From Heptranchias perlo (taxonomy: Eukaryota): a stretch of 64,000 bases of DNA. Where the stretch lies: positions 13,826,001-13,890,000 of the forward strand of contig NC_090366.1 in NCBI RefSeq assembly GCF_035084215.1, read 5' to 3'. Below the pieces are notes generated by a model, which was not told where the DNA came from, searched no databases, and saw only the letters and a list, made by a program, of their open reading frames with translations. Numbering within the stretch: the first letter of the stretch is position 1; each line of letters starts with the position of its first letter. The translations under genes were made by a program, and so were the position numbers. Positions 62,615 to 64,000 of the stretch are shown piece by piece.

Positions 62615-63430
62615 CTAATTCATCCTCGGGGATGTGGGCGTCGCTGGCCAGGCCCGGCATTTATTGCCCAGCTCCTAGATGCCCCTTGAGAAGGTGGTGG
62701 TGAGCCGCCTTCTTGAACCACTGCGGCCCGTGTGGTGACGGTTCTCCCGCAGCGCTGCTCGGGGAGGGGGAGTTCCAGGATTTTGACCCAGCGACGACGA
62801 AGGAACGGCCGATGTATTTCCAAGTCGGGGCGGTGCGTGTGACTCGGAGGGGAACTCGGAGGTGGCGTTGTTCCCATGCGCCCGCTGCCCTTGTCCTTCT
62901 AGGTGGTGGTGGTCACGGGATTGGGAGGTGCTGTCGAAGAAGTTAATCCTGTGGACAGTAGACACTGCAGTCATGGTGCGCCGGTGGTGGAGGGAATTTA
63001 AGGAGGTGGGCTGACTGCCGATCGAGCGGACTGATTCGCCCCTCGATAGCGCCGTGGGCATCTAGGGGATGGGCAATAAACACCAGCCTTGCTGGCGACG
63101 CCCACATCCCCAGAATGAAGCCAAAAAAAAATCACCAGCGAACAGCCCCACATCTGATGGAGGGACGGTCATTGATGAAGCAGCTGAAGATAGTTTGGGC
63201 CTAGGACGGTGCTCTGAGGAACTCCTGGGGCTGAGATGATCGGCCTCCAACGACCGCTACCATCTCCCTTTGCGCTCGGTGTGACTCCAGGCACTGGAGG
63301 GTTTCCCCCTCTGATTCCCATTGATCAATTTTACCAGGGGTTCCTTGGTGCCACACTCGGTCAAACGCTGCCTTGACGTAGCAGGCGGTCACTCTCGCCT
63401 CACCTCTAGAATTCAGCCTCTTGTGTCCGT
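62615..63430 (-). mobile_element. Degraded, rearranged second-family LINE fragments
   Basis: KAAFDRVWHQG and 3' end similar to 9855-11012. Confidence 0.75.
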
Positions 63431-63519
63431 TTTTGGACCAACGAGGCCTGAGGCCTAGTGGTTCAGGCATCCGATTTGTATCTCTATACTCTTGCAATTT
63501 CCTCTTATCTTTCTTTCAG

Positions 63520-63607
63520 CCAGGCACACCAGGTTGATAATCATTGTTGTCATTGTTCTGCTGGCCTTCCTCACTGTGGTAGTTGTCGTCTTCCTCATTC
63601 TCAGGTG
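63520..63607 (+). CDS. Siglec-like exon: transmembrane segment
   Basis: Pyrimidine tract + ttcag|; SRHTR-LIIIVVIVLLAFLTVVVVVFLIL-R; donor TG|gtaagt; in frame with 60621-60896. Not in the ORF track. Confidence 0.9.
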
Positions 63608-64000
63608 GTAAGTACATTCCCAGTGGAATTTCTGTAACTCGGTCTTTTGCTTTCCCATTGTTTGCCCCTTCCCTCCTGGTTTTGGTCCATTCCATAAGCC
63701 TTGGAATCTCATCCGAAGAGATTTTCCGGATCATTAGCGAGGTGGGGTGCTGGCGAGGGAAGAACTGCCCAAACCCTGGTCACCACCAGATATCTCCAAA
63801 GGTAACGGCCGTTGACATACAAACGTACCAAAATGAGGGGCAGGAAAAGACCAGGTGGTCCATCAAGCCTGCCCCACACCTCATGAAGGCTGGACCATCG
63901 AGTCTAGACACTTTCAACCCTCCCTCCCCACAGTCACGGAATCTCCTGGGAGAGGCACAAAGACCAGAGATAAACTCCCAGGGCCAATAAAATACTCTGG

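Overview
Vertebrate genomic DNA, most likely a cartilaginous fish (inferred from SacSINE1-like DeuSINEs and shark-type CR1/L2 LINEs), very rich in retroposons and minisatellites. (1) 1-~4085: last exons of a PDE9A-like cGMP phosphodiesterase gene (+). (2) 29275-36219: a 6.9-kb internally deleted endogenous retrovirus (-) with two LTRs, 4-bp TSD, tRNA-Gln PBS and PPT. It holds a class I (epsilon-like) gag start, an RT remnant, an embedded CR1 ORF1 fragment and two different decayed envelope genes: one resembling paramyxovirus-F/foamy-type fusogens, one a CxxC gamma-type env. (3) 37054-63607: 13 splice-compatible exons of a CD22/Siglec-like receptor (+) with architecture SP-V-C2-C2-V-C2x7-TM, in which both V-set domains keep the sialic-acid-binding arginine. 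The cytoplasmic tail lies beyond the window. Most long ORFs in the track are artefacts of tandem repeats or LINE fragments. All calls are by eye; no database searches were run.
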